This document shows positions 26,228-36,530 of a stretch of 64,000 nucleotides of DNA, one piece after another. The stretch covers positions 2,046,001 to 2,110,000 of the forward strand of contig OZ374559.1 of NCBI GenBank assembly GCA_977862235.1, given 5' to 3'. Source of the DNA: Dudresnaya verticillata (taxonomy: Eukaryota). A model generated the notes under the pieces. That model made no database searches. It worked only from the letters and a program-made list of their open reading frames with translations, and was not told the DNA's origin. The position numbers and the translations under genes were made by a program. Every line of letters starts with the position of its first letter. Positions within the stretch are counted from its first letter, which is position 1.

Positions 26228-27007
26228 CTACTGGCATTGGGAATTGCACTTGTAGTGCTTTAGTAGAGCATTCATATCCGCCTTCATCAGTGACAAATAC
26301 TTTGCGACGCGCACTTTATCGCGATCCTCTGACAGCTTCCCGCAAAGATCCACACTGTATGCCCCACCACTCTCGTTACACTTTTGGTTCAAGTGATAGA
26401 TGAAATGTTCCACCCTTGCCGTGTACCACTCAACGCTACCTTGACTGTTGACTACGCGAACAGTCGCAGCGCTCTCCACAATCACGTTGCTAGCGGCCGT
26501 AGGGCCTTGAAGAATTTGCTTGCCGTTTGTGCGGATTCCTGTGCATTCGTCCGCTCGATCGATCATCGCAAGGCTCTCCATCATATTCCCGTTCACAGGG
26601 TAAGAAGAAGCCACGGAACATGCGGTTGTGCACACGTGGCAAACAGTAGCAGTTCGGGTTGCTCCGCATTCTGCGTACGACGCGTTACAGAAGCACCGGA
26701 GCAACCTCCGGCCTGGGTCAGTGTTGAGAGCGGCAAATGCCAACCGTACCAGACGATTCTGGGCTGCGGCAGCTGCCACCAAGCGTAGCCCCCGAATTCG
26801 GAAAGCGAACAGTCCTCCGACGGCCACAGCCACTAAGCACACGGCTACGGCGTTCTTTTCCTGAGGGGTCTTGAGGTAGTCTGGCTTCTGCTCTACGGCA
26901 ACGCTATCGTGCCTGGTCTTTGCGGATGCGATGGGTTGAATCAGCACCGCCACGAACAACATGAGCAGCGGAACAGTGGAAAGGGTTTTGGACATCATGA
27001 CAGCCAT
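26228..27007 (-). CDS. 12-Cys protein B, copy 4
   Basis: Translation identical to copy 1. Confidence 0.88.
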   Translation of the reverse strand: MAVMMSKTLSTVPLLMLFVAVLIQPIASAKTRHDSVAVEQKPDYLKTPQEKNAVAVCLVAVAVGGLFAFRIRGLRLVAAAAAQNRLVRLAFAALNTDPGRRLLRCFCNASYAECGATRTATVCHVCTTACSVASSYPVNGNMMESLAMIDRADECTGIRTNGKQILQGPTAASNVIVESAATVRVVNSQGSVEWYTARVEHFIYHLNQKCNESGGAYSVDLCGKLSEDRDKVRVAKYLSLMKADMNALLKHYKCNSQCQ

Positions 27008-28402
27008 TGCAGTGTGTGTTTGTGTGTGTGTGTGTGTGTGTATGTGTGTGTGTGTGTGTGGGAGGGGGTCAAAATCGTATTACCAGTGCTCACGATGTAG
27101 TGGAGCAAGTTGCTTGGTAGCTTTCTGGGCGGACTGTTGATGTGATGGATCGTGATATTCATAGCCGCAAGTTGTTGCTTTACAATATATACCACTAGGA
27201 AGAGCAAGTGCAGGAAGCGGTATGGTGGTATGGTGTTCAACCAGGAGAACTACCACGTTGTAGTGTAGAAAACGGGGCCCGCTTTGTGGTCTACTCAGTT
27301 TAGGATCAGTTCTTTGAAAAGGGGAAGATACGCCTATGGCGTAGGGGTGAAGTGAGGGCTATGGCATTTGCCGATGAAGGAGTCTTTTCCGGAAGAGTTG
27401 TGGGAATGTTTGTATGGGTTTGATTGGTTGAAGGGCGCAAAGTATTATTTAGATGAACATTTGTGTTTTTTGTTGCCATCGCAATCGGCTCCTCCTGTGC
27501 GAAGGGCGGAGCTCCGACACGTCGCCGATTCACTCCCAACCTCCCAATTTTCAAAGAGCCCCTTTATCCTCGACAAGACACTCCGCACAGCTCTTCGCCT
27601 ACGCCAAATGTTGCGCAGTGCATTGAGCACTGCTGCATCCCGCGAATCTGTGTCCTTCTGTCCTTGGTAGGCCCATATTTGTTGCCTGACCACTCATTCC
27701 TATCTAAGGACGTATCATACCTGTATTGTACAGTATTAGCTAAGTATTAGCCATAGAGCTCTAACTGAGCGAGCAGCACCTTTTCGGCTCTCGCCGTATT
27801 TATGGGGCCCCTGAGTAGCAGGGGCCCAGCACTAAACCGGCAGCGGTCTGTGCCTTGGGTTTTCCCCTTTTTGGACGCTTACGGTGCTACCGCTACAACT
27901 TCCCTTTGGGCGTCTACAAGCCCTGTCGTCTAGGACGAATTGCTCTATTCAGCGGGGTTCGCATTTCCCTTTTTCCTTTGTTAGGGCTTTAAGCCCTTTC
28001 AAGTCTCTACCACCCTTTCACCGAGCTACCAACCACGCAAGTGGGATCGCTCTTTGAGGACAGCTGTTGTGCCGTGTCGCCGTCTCTGTTGGCTTCAAAG
28101 CCATTCTTCTACAATGAACAATTGAATTGGTTTTGTTTTATTCTAGTTCAAAGTGTTTCGTAAATCGTTGGTTCAGCTCTGGTAGGTTTTTGATGGAATT
28201 TGTGGTGCAAGGGGAGGCGAGCACTTTTTCACTGAAAGCGGGCAGACTAAATACGTCGACCGACGGAGAAACCGCCACCGGCGCTCACCACCGCCGTTGG
28301 CGCGCGAACACGTCATCGACGGCTTGCTGAGGCGCGCGCGCGCACTTCGCGCCGCGCGCCACTCGGGCACCGTACAGTGTCGGGCCGACCTGGCGCCCGG
28401 GG

Positions 28403-28579
28403 CACTGTAGCACGGATCCGGATGCGATCTTGATCCGGCATCCAGATTAGCTATCTGGTTCGCGTAAGCTGTAAGGTATGCGCCCATAAGGCTGCGGGTA
28501 TTAGCATTGCTGGCCCGATCCGGATGGGATCAGGACCGGACAAGTATCAGATTAGATCTAAGGCGCACGCTCTACAGTG
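28403..28579. mobile_element. Possible non-autonomous CACTG-ended (EnSpm/CACTA-like) miniature element
   Basis: Terminal inverted repeats CACTGTAG...CTACAGTG enclose several GATCCGG(AT)-like subterminal motifs. No target-site duplication is evident. Confidence 0.35.
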
Positions 28580-29621
28580 CGCGCGCACGTGCGGCTGTAA
28601 GACACACATGTCCACGTGTACGTGTAAGCACCCACACAGGGGTTAGTGCGGCGGTCTATCAGACGCGCGGCTGCACGCGACGCGTGATCTGTCAGACGCG
28701 CCTCGGAACGACACGTGTCCCGCGTTCCCGCGCTACACCCACGCCGCCGCGTCGCCGTACTATACTTAGGTAAGCCGTCCCAGACGTCACAGTAAACGCC
28801 CGGGCAAGCCGGCCTTGGTCCAGACTTCCCCGTTCCGCACGCGCGCATTCTACCGCTGCCTACGGCTAATCGTCTACCTCCCGTGCTTCCACGTCTACCA
28901 TCGTCCTTGACGTGTTCCATTTCTCTTTCCCTTTCCCTTCCTTTCCGCCTCGGGCGTTTACAGTCCGCCCAAGGCGTGCCCCTTTTGCTCTACCACCAAG
29001 TCGCCCACAGCGGGACTACCTACCGCCGAGGGCGCAGCTACCCACCGAGACCCGAACTGCTCGGCGGTCTATCGTCGCTGGACGTTTTGCACCACAGAAT
29101 TGGTTGTTATCTCCAACTGCTTCCATGAATTCAGAAAGAGTGTATGGTTAAATTGTTGTCGTTAATAGCTTTTTGTATGTACATAGCCCAGCGAGGACCC
29201 AGCGAGGAAAGGTAGGCTATGGTTGACGCATGGTTAGGTGCGAGCCGCGGAGCGTATTGAACGCGATAGGGGGCGGGATGAGGGAAGGGACGGGGGGCAG
29301 AGAGCCAGCAGGGTGGAGGGAACGGGGAGGGCGCGGGGGAAGCGAGGGGGCGGAGGAGCGGGGGGCGGGGGAGCGGGGGGGGGGGCGGGGGGCGGTACCA
29401 CAGGCGGGTGGACTGATGATGCCCACAGGGAGGCTGGGCTTGCGCCAAATGAACTGTGTTGATACGTTCAAATAGGTACCGGAATCACAAGATGAGGAAG
29501 TAGCCAATAGCGACACGTACGAAATGCTCATAGATAGACGGCGTTGGGGTCGTCACTCGCTTAACATTTGAGAAGGGTGTACAATTGTACCTATACAACG
29601 ACGCTACCATTGCCCTTATCC

Positions 29622-29759
29622 ACAACGGGCTACATCTCTGCGAGAGTACTCGCGAGACGGCGACGCGTATATTGTAGATGGCGGTGCTACGCTTCCTTCT
29701 CGAACGAAACCGCATCGAACGTCTGCACCAGACGCACCGCCGTCGTATTGCGTCGCGCA
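29622..29759 (+). repeat. Single-copy-region instance of the repeat at 4165-4299
   Basis: Direct sequence match to the array-1 unit. Confidence 0.92.
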
Positions 29760-30077
29760 TCCGCGCATCTCGACCGCCGCGAGCTCCACTCCTTCGCTGC
29801 TGCCCACCATCACACGGTCTCAACTTGTGTCTTGGTGTCCGCCTATAAGCCGTCGGCCGTCACTCCTCCGGCCCCTCCCCCGATCTCCGCGTCTAAAAAG
29901 CAGCAACGCCCACCCACCTTCCACTCCTACATGACCCGACAGTCCTTGCCGCCCTCCCCGCCCGCGTTCGCCCCGCCGCTTCCTCTCACCGCTACCCGCC
30001 CCGCCACTACCGCCGCCTCTTGCCCTCCCAGCCCGTCGCAGCACCGCACGCCGCCGCCGCCAAAGCCACGCGCCACC

Positions 30078-31426
30078 ATGGGGCTAGACCGTACCACGCT
30101 CACCCCGTCCACTCCGGTCGATCCGGCCGCGCTGCGCGAGAAGGCGGGCCAGTCGGCGTCGGCGTCGCTGGCGTCGCAGGTCGACGAGGTCACCAGCATA
30201 ACCTTCCAGCAGGCCATTAACTGCTGCGGCCTCACGTCCGTCGCGTACGCCCTCACCGCGCTGGGCTGCCCCACCACGGTTGACGAGCTGTTCCTCTCCG
30301 TGGGCGTCGGCGTCGAGAGCGCCGTCGGCGACGGAATGACCCTGGCGGAGATCTACGACGCCTCCACGCGCTTCATTGCCAACGAGAGCCTCCCGCTCTT
30401 TGCCGAGTGCTACCACTTTGACGCCTTCTCCACCTCGGTGGACGACTTTCGTGACGCCTGCAAGGACGAGGCCTCCGCCGGGCTCGACGATCTTCTCATC
30501 CTCAACTTTCACTCTGGCATCGCGCACGGCTGGGAGACCGGTGGCGGCGGCCACTTCTCGCTGCTGACCGCCTGGTCGCCCGACAATGACCACATCGTCA
30601 TGGCCGACGTCCACGCCATCAAGTACGGCGCGTACTGGTCGACGCCGACGTCGCAGATGCATGCTGAATGGCCGACAAGGACTCGTGCGGGCGCTCGCGC
30701 GGAGCCATCCGGTACGGGCGCCTCGACAAGGCGCTCGAGCGGCCGCTGGGCCATCTGACTCCGTCGCTGATCGACTGGACCGCGCCACCGGCGCCGTATA
30801 CGCGCGACAGCCTGGAGAGGTATATCCCCGGGGTGTGGGACACGGTGCTGGGCGTGCGCAACATGGAGGGGGTGTCCGCGCTGACGGCCGCGCTGCGGCT
30901 GCTGGAGGGGGACGACTCGGCTGTCTCGCGGCTGGACCAGATCATGCGGGCGCTGCAGGAGAGCTACACGTACCACCTGGACAACTTTGCAACGGGGCGG
31001 AAGCTGGCGGACATGGCGACGCGGCTCGGCGAGAAGGGGCTGACCAAGGCGAGGACGAGCGTCAAGAAGCTGAAGACGTTCTCCGGGGCGGCGCTGCGCT
31101 CAGCGCTGGAGGAGGTGGGGTGCGGCGAGAAGGGCGTGGCGGTGATGGCGGCGTACGATATCAACGCGGCGGTCGGGGCCGAGCTGCTGCCGCCCGAGAA
31201 GGGCGAGGCGGGGGCGCTGACGCATGGGACCAAGAGCTGGTCGCTGCTGGCGGGGCTGGACTCGCAGGCCGAGGTGGACGACGCGAACGGGCTGACTGTG
31301 GCGGCCGCGCACAACGTGATTCTGACCGGGCGGCTGTGGGCGACGTCGCTGGACCGCATGGCGCTCGGGATGAAGAAGCTTGGCGGCGGGCAGTGCTGCC
31401 TGATCGTGCTTGACCGCAGGGGGTGA
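30078..31426 (+). CDS. Phytochelatin synthase-like (papain-fold) protein, about 449 aa, interrupted by an apparent 1-nt deletion near 30666 (sequencing error or pseudogene)
   Basis: ATG in gccaccATGg context. Motifs FQQAINCCGLTS (catalytic Cys), LILNF, GGGHFSLL (His) and MADVHAIKYGAYW (Asp) are present. The conserved MxxxDxxxxxRG motif (MADKDSCGRSRG) continues in another frame from 30668 to the stop at 31426. Confidence 0.85.
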
Positions 31427-31999
31427 TTCTGATGATGGCGCAGGAAGCGGGGGGCGTGGGCGGCGTTGAGAGCCGTCCGACGGCAATGCGTGCGGTACGT
31501 ACGTCGGTATGGTACAGACTCGGTATGGTACAGACGAAGAGTGGGTAGCCGCGAGATACGGTGTCGTCGCAAGCTTCGACGTCGATCGCGCCCGTCGCGG
31601 CGCGCGCGTTGGCGGTGGTGAGCACGTTCTGCAGAGCACGTGTCGAGTGGCGGAAGCAAGAGCAGTGGGAGCTTGAAGCGGCCAGTATGTAGCATGAACT
31701 GTTAAACCGCTGGGAGCATTCGGTTGTGTCGGAAGGCGGAGCACCGAGCGGCGCGGCGGCGCGCGCAGCAGCAAGCGGTGGCTTTGCGGCGCAAAGCGTC
31801 ATTGGGGCGGGCGGCGGGCGGTGTGTGTGTTTGACCGCGCGCCCGGCGGCGGCGCTTCTCCGACGGCGCTCGGGACATGCACCGCGCTTTGAGCGCCCAA
31901 ATCTTTGCGTTTTCCTTTCCGCCGGCAGATTGCACGTGCGCCGCGCATCAGCATCCGCCCGCCGCCGCCATCTTCCGCGCCGCGCGCTGCACGCGCCCG

Positions 32000-32081
32000 A
32001 TGCCGCCGCCGCGCGCAACGCTCGACTCGCTGCGGAGCACGCGCACGCGCGTGGCGAAGCCGTCGCCGCGCGCGCGCGCCT

Positions 32082-32130
<49 letters not shown>

Positions 32131-32851
32131 GCGCGCGCAAGCGCAACATGCATCCGCGTCGCGCGACTGGCTGACGGACGCGGGCGCGCGGCACCCGCTG
32201 CGCGTGCTGTTCGTCGGGCACAACCCGTCGACGGCCAGCTGGGCGCGCGCGGCGCCGTACGCGCACGGCACCAACCTGTTCTACCGGCTGCTGCGCGAGA
32301 GCGGGCTGGCGCCGCGCGCGGTGGCGGTCGCGCGGCGCTTCCGCGAGCTGGCGCCGCGGCTCGGCTTTGCGTTCGCAGACCTGTTCGTGGTGGCGGGCAG
32401 CGACGCGTCCACGGTCGAGCGCGACGCGGCGCGGCGAGACGCGTGGCGCGACGCGTTCGTCGCGCGCGTGGTGCGCGCGACGCGCGGGCGGCCGCCCGTG
32501 GTGCTCGCGTGCGTGTCCAAGGTGGTTGCGCGCAAGCTGCTGCGCACGGGGCGCGGCGGCGCGTTTGGCTGCGTGGGGTGCGCGCGCGACTACGGGCTCG
32601 ACGGGCTGGGCGGCGTCGAGGTGTGGGTGCTGCCGTCGTCCAGCGGCCGCGCCGGCATGGCGTGGCGGGAGCGCGTCGAGCCTTACGAGCGGCTGCGGGA
32701 CCGCGTGGCGAGGATGCCGCCGTGGGAGGTTGCGGGCGGGGACGCGGGCGGGGACGCGGACGGGGACGCGGACGCGGACGCAGGCGGGGACGCGGACGAC
32801 GCGGACGCAGAAGACGCGGACGCAGAAGACGCGGACGCAGAAGACCGCTAA
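32000..32851 (+). CDS. Uracil-DNA glycosylase superfamily, family 2 (MUG/TDG-like) protein
   Basis: LRVLFVGHNPS...PYAHGTNLFYRLL and VWVLPSSSGRAG match the two MUG/TDG motifs. There is an N-terminal poly-Ala (GCC run) and a C-terminal acidic DADAE repeat. An alternative upstream ATG lies at 31877. Confidence 0.85.
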
Positions 32852-32994
32852 CGGGTCGCGCAGAGCGACCGACTTGTCGACGGCGCCAATTACACTCCGA
32901 CCGCCGTCACCCGTCACGATCGCGGCGCGGCACACACCGCGGCGCGCGCCGCGCGGCACGTCCCGCGGGCTGCGAGCAACGCGCGCGCCAACGT

Positions 32995-33036
<42 letters not shown>
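32995..33036. repeat. (CCG)n microsatellite upstream of the Cys-rich gene; similar runs near 32083-32130 and 35791-35819
   Basis: Directly visible. Confidence 0.9.
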
Positions 33037-33037
<1 letters not shown>

Positions 33038-33103
33038 GCATAAAACCCCGCGGCGGCCGCGCCCGCCTCGCCGCCCGCCCCGCCGCCGCCCGCCCCCGAC
33101 AAA

Positions 33104-33529
33104 ATGCCCGCCGCGCGCCGCTCCCCCATCGCGCGCGCGCTCGCGCTGCTCCTGCCCGCGCTGCTGGCCGCGGCGCTGCTGTCCGCCGCGTCGGCCGCGC
33201 CGCGCGCGTCGCCGACGCTGAACAAGCCGCTGTGCGCGTCGTGCTTCCGCGGGTGGCAGTGCGCGTCGCGCGTGTGCGCGGGGCGCAAGTGCGTGGCGGC
33301 GCGGTCCGCGCCGGGCGTGCGCGCGTGCAACGCAAAGCTGTGCGCCGCGTGCGCGTCGGCGCGCACGTGCCGCTCCAACCGGTGCTGGCGCGGGCGGTGC
33401 GTGCGCCGCGGCCGCGTGTCCGGCCCGCCGTCGCGGCGCCGCTGCTTCCCCGAGCTCTTCCGCACGCCCGAGCCCGACCACTCGCCCGAGCCCGACCACT
33501 CGCCCGAGCCGCGCGGAGCCGCCGCGTAG
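33104..33529 (+). CDS. Secreted cationic cysteine-rich protein D (141 aa) with two six-Cys repeats
   Basis: Signal peptide (ALALLLPALLAAALLSAASA), then two repeats of C-x2-C-x5-C-x4-C-x4-C-x11/14-C and an acidic PEPDHS x2 tail. A CATAAAA TATA-like motif lies at 33039-33045. Confidence 0.85.
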   Translation: MPAARRSPIARALALLLPALLAAALLSAASAAPRASPTLNKPLCASCFRGWQCASRVCAGRKCVAARSAPGVRACNAKLCAACASARTCRSNRCWRGRCVRRGRVSGPPSRRRCFPELFRTPEPDHSPEPDHSPEPRGAAA

Positions 33530-33781
33530 CACCGCCGCCGTCGCGCGCGTCAAGAGCTGCTCTGTACACGCTTCTCGCTTGCGAGTTGCTTTGCAACGCG
33601 TCTATCTACACGACTCTATCCACAGCTAATAAACCTATTCACTGCACACCGAAACCCGACTTGCTCGCGCCCCACTCACTCGTCCCGTCCCGTCCCGTCC
33701 CGTCCAACCTCACCTCCGCCTCGCCTCGCTCCCAAACACCTTTCACTCACTTGTGCAGCATGTGGCATACCTCTCCCGCCC

Positions 33782-35768
33782 TCATTTCGCGCCCTCCTTC
33801 CACCCCATCCACGGTCCGATCGCGTACCCCATCCGCTCAAGCGCCACCCGCACTGTTTTGACCGCCTCGGCGACGTCCACCCACACATCGACGTGCTTCA
33901 CCCCCGGGCACGGAGCAAACATGTGCGGCGTTCGATTCCCGCACTTCTCCTGGTAGAATTCTCGCGTCTTGTCTAACCATCCCCGCCATTGCAGATCGCA
34001 AAACCAAGCAACCACGCATCAGTCACCGTTACGTCAGTATGCCCCCGCGCATGTCTCTACTCTCTCTCACCGCGTCAACCATCTACTTGTTTGCAACAAC
34101 TTACTTGGGTGTAGCAGGCTCTGCTGCTCGTAGTACCAGATCTTGCACGTCTCCGCCAGGATGTTAAAGTTGTAGTCCGTGTACCCCACCGGCATAACCT
34201 CGATCAAAGAGCTAGTAGCAACAAACACACCAAAACCATCGTTCGTCAGTAAACACAAAAGCAATGCACCTCGAACAATCGCCAAGAGCGCTCGCAACTC
34301 TGCGTCATGCAACCTACCTGTGTCGCGGCATCCATATCTGCCCCATGCTCTGACCTCCGTGCGAGGTGAACAGCACCCCGGCGCGGGCAAACACCCGCAC
34401 CTGCTGCTCGGCCGTTTGCATGTCCGCCGTGGATCGCATCTCCACCTCGACACCATGCTGCTCGAACGCTGCGCGAAACGCCTGCTCCACCTCCTTGACG
34501 TTCCCAATCCGCCGGGTGCGGTGTCTCTGCAGCACCACGATCCGCTTTGGTGGCTGCGGGAACAGCACGCGCCCGAGGCGCACCTTGCGTGGCTCTACAA
34601 TCCCAAACACTCGATGCGCGCGCTGCCGCATCGACCGGCACACGCGCTCCTCCGCCAGGTTGCCGATCTTCGCACCGGATGTGAGCCGCGGCGCGCACAC
34701 CAGCTCCGTGCCCTTGTCGCTTATGAGGTCCCTGTGAAACAGCAGATGCGTGCCATCGCCGAGATGCGGGTATGCATGCCTCAGTGGGGCCGTCCTTCTC
34801 GGCTGGGCCGATTCCACGCGCAACTGCTCCTTTGTGTGCTGCGGGTACAGATAGGCCGGGTCGAGGCGCAGCACAAGCGCGTACAAGAAGCGGTTGATGT
34901 CCACAGAGGTCTGCGACTCAAAGTCGGCGCTGGTCTGCGGCAGGTACACATGGCGCAGGTGATCGGCGAACAACGCGCCCTCCGGCGCCGAACTGTGCAG
35001 CGAGAGCGATTCGTGCCACAGAGAAACATCTAGCAGCCACGCGATGTCCTTGAGCAAGTGGTTGTTGTGCGTGTTGCGCACATAGTCCAGATCGACCAGC
35101 GACAAGCTATCGACCCATCGCATCCGCGCCTTTGGCAGGTACACATCAAAGCTGCTCCCGACCTCGCGCACGGCAGCGTCGGTGTCCGGTCTACCGGCGA
35201 GCAGCGAGTGGCCGGTGCGGTAGACAGCGTCGAGGCACGAGCGCTGCGGCGCAAAGGTGTTGTTGAGAATGGGCCAGTGCCGCGACGAAAAGTAGCGCGG
35301 GTCGGCCGACTGGTCGCGCATGGAGCACCACTTGTCCGACGCGACGCGCGAGCCGTCCGCGCGCGTGTCGTCAACAAAGTAGACCAGCGGGCGCGTGGCC
35401 GCAGCGGTGGTGTTGACGCACACCAGCCCCGCGTACACGCAGCTCTGCGCGCCGGCGTCGTACTCGCGGCAGCCCAGCCGCGCGGTGCGGGCCGCGGCGG
35501 CGGGCGCGGCGGCGCGCAGCGCGCGGAGGTGCTCGAACGGGGTGCGCGCGGCCGCGGCGGTCGCGGCGGAAGCGGCGGAAGCGGCGGAAGCCGGCGACGG
35601 CGGCGCGCGCACCGGCGCGCGCGGCGGCCGCGGCGGCGGCGCGGGCAGCGACAGCTGCGGCAGGCGCGTGGTCCACAGCAGGTGCAGGCCGAGCAGCACC
35701 GAGAACGAGAGCACGACGAGCAGCAGCGGGCGCGACGCGGCGGTACGCAGCTTGGGCGGGTCGGGCAT
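33782..35768 (-). CDS. Type II membrane glycosyltransferase, GT61-like, 582 aa, 3 exons (35768-34318, 34211-34105, 33972-33782)
   Basis: N-terminal TM anchor and Pro/Ala stem. Motifs include HNNHLLKD, IVVLQRHRTRRIGN, EQQVRVFARAGVLFTSHGGQSMGQIWMP and SLIEVMP. Introns 34317-34212 (GTAGGT...TAG) and 34104-33973 (GTAAGT...TAG) each have a TACTGAC branch motif. Splicing them gives one open frame of 1749 nt. Confidence 0.85.
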
Positions 35769-36269
35769 GGCGCGGGCGGGCGGGCGGGCGGGCGGCGGCG
35801 GCGGCGGCGGCGGCGGCGGTCTCAGTCCGCGCGCGGGCGCGCGCGCGAGAGAGAGAGAGAGAGAGATGGCTCCGCGCGGACGCGCGCGGCAGCGCGTGCG
35901 AACGTGTCCGCGGCGGAGGCGCAGTTGAAAGGCGGCGCGTGGGCGAAAGCCATTGGCGGCGCTCCGGTTGCGCGCGGGCGGTTTCGCAACGTCCAAACTG
36001 ATTTAGCCGCCGCACGCAGCGCAGATGGCGACGACCTTTACGGTGCGCTGCGAAGGGCGCTACGTCGCCCCGTCTACTCAACCACCTACATACCTTCGGA
36101 AGGAACCGGAAGGGCTCGACCACGGCCATTGATCGCCAGCGCTTGAAAGCGGGCAAACCTTGCGGTGAGATATAATGCCAATCGTGAGTGCTTGCGTTTG
36201 CCCGAATGACGAGCCCCAGTCAATACCGACACCATAACAGCCATGTTGCGTCCGTCAGGGGACGCTGGA

Positions 36270-36530
36270 TGAGGTTAAGTGCGGCGGGGTAGTTCGAAGC
36301 AGGTAGGATAGCTTTGGTACACCCGCTCAGAAGCGTAGAAGGTGAAACACAAGTTGAGGGTCAGTGAGAGAAAGTAAACGATCGCAGAGTAAAGCCACGG
36401 GCTGTAGTTTCTTCGTCAAGATAGCCTTACAGGCATTGTCAGCCCCAATAGGGGAACCTCGAACCTCAATGGCAGCACTTCGCTTAACTTCTATTGATGC
36501 CGTATGCCGTGCTTTTGCCTCTGTCACCCC
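36270..36530 (-). mobile_element. Degraded non-LTR retrotransposon fragment (post-RT region, CRE/NeSL-like)
   Basis: The minus strand translates as IEVRGSPIG...KKLQPVALLCDRLLSLTDPQLVFHLLRF*AGVPKLSYLLRTTPP. This matches the LGxPIG...LLRxC...PKLxYLLRxxPP pattern that follows the RT domain in these elements. It has an in-frame stop. Confidence 0.65.

Larger units (their letters stand above)
1..27684. repeat. Tandem array 1: about 3.9 head-to-tail copies of a 7047-bp unit (begins before the window)
   Basis: The sequence at 1 recurs at 7048, 14097 and 21144, and the ORF track repeats with the same offsets. Identity to the unit ends after ...catatttgttg at 27684, equivalent to unit position 6541. 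Confidence 0.98.

Noticed and set aside
1..27684. rDNA, histone or spliced-leader array as explanation for the 7-kb tandem unit
   Set aside because: No conserved rRNA, histone or snRNA sequence is recognisable in either unit.
29568..30077. N-terminal extension of the PCS-like ORF
   Set aside because: It has a non-ATG start and crosses a dispersed repeat and low-complexity sequence. The ATG at 30078 has better context.
30655..30680. Programmed ribosomal frameshift or micro-intron in the PCS-like gene
   Set aside because: There is no slippery site, and the nearby GT...AG pairs are too short and would delete conserved residues.
31161..33861. Long ORFs of 711, 584, 330 and 284 aa in the GC-rich core
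   Set aside because: They are Arg/Ala/Pro low-complexity shadow frames overlapping the UDG and Cys-rich genes. Stop codons are scarce at this GC content.
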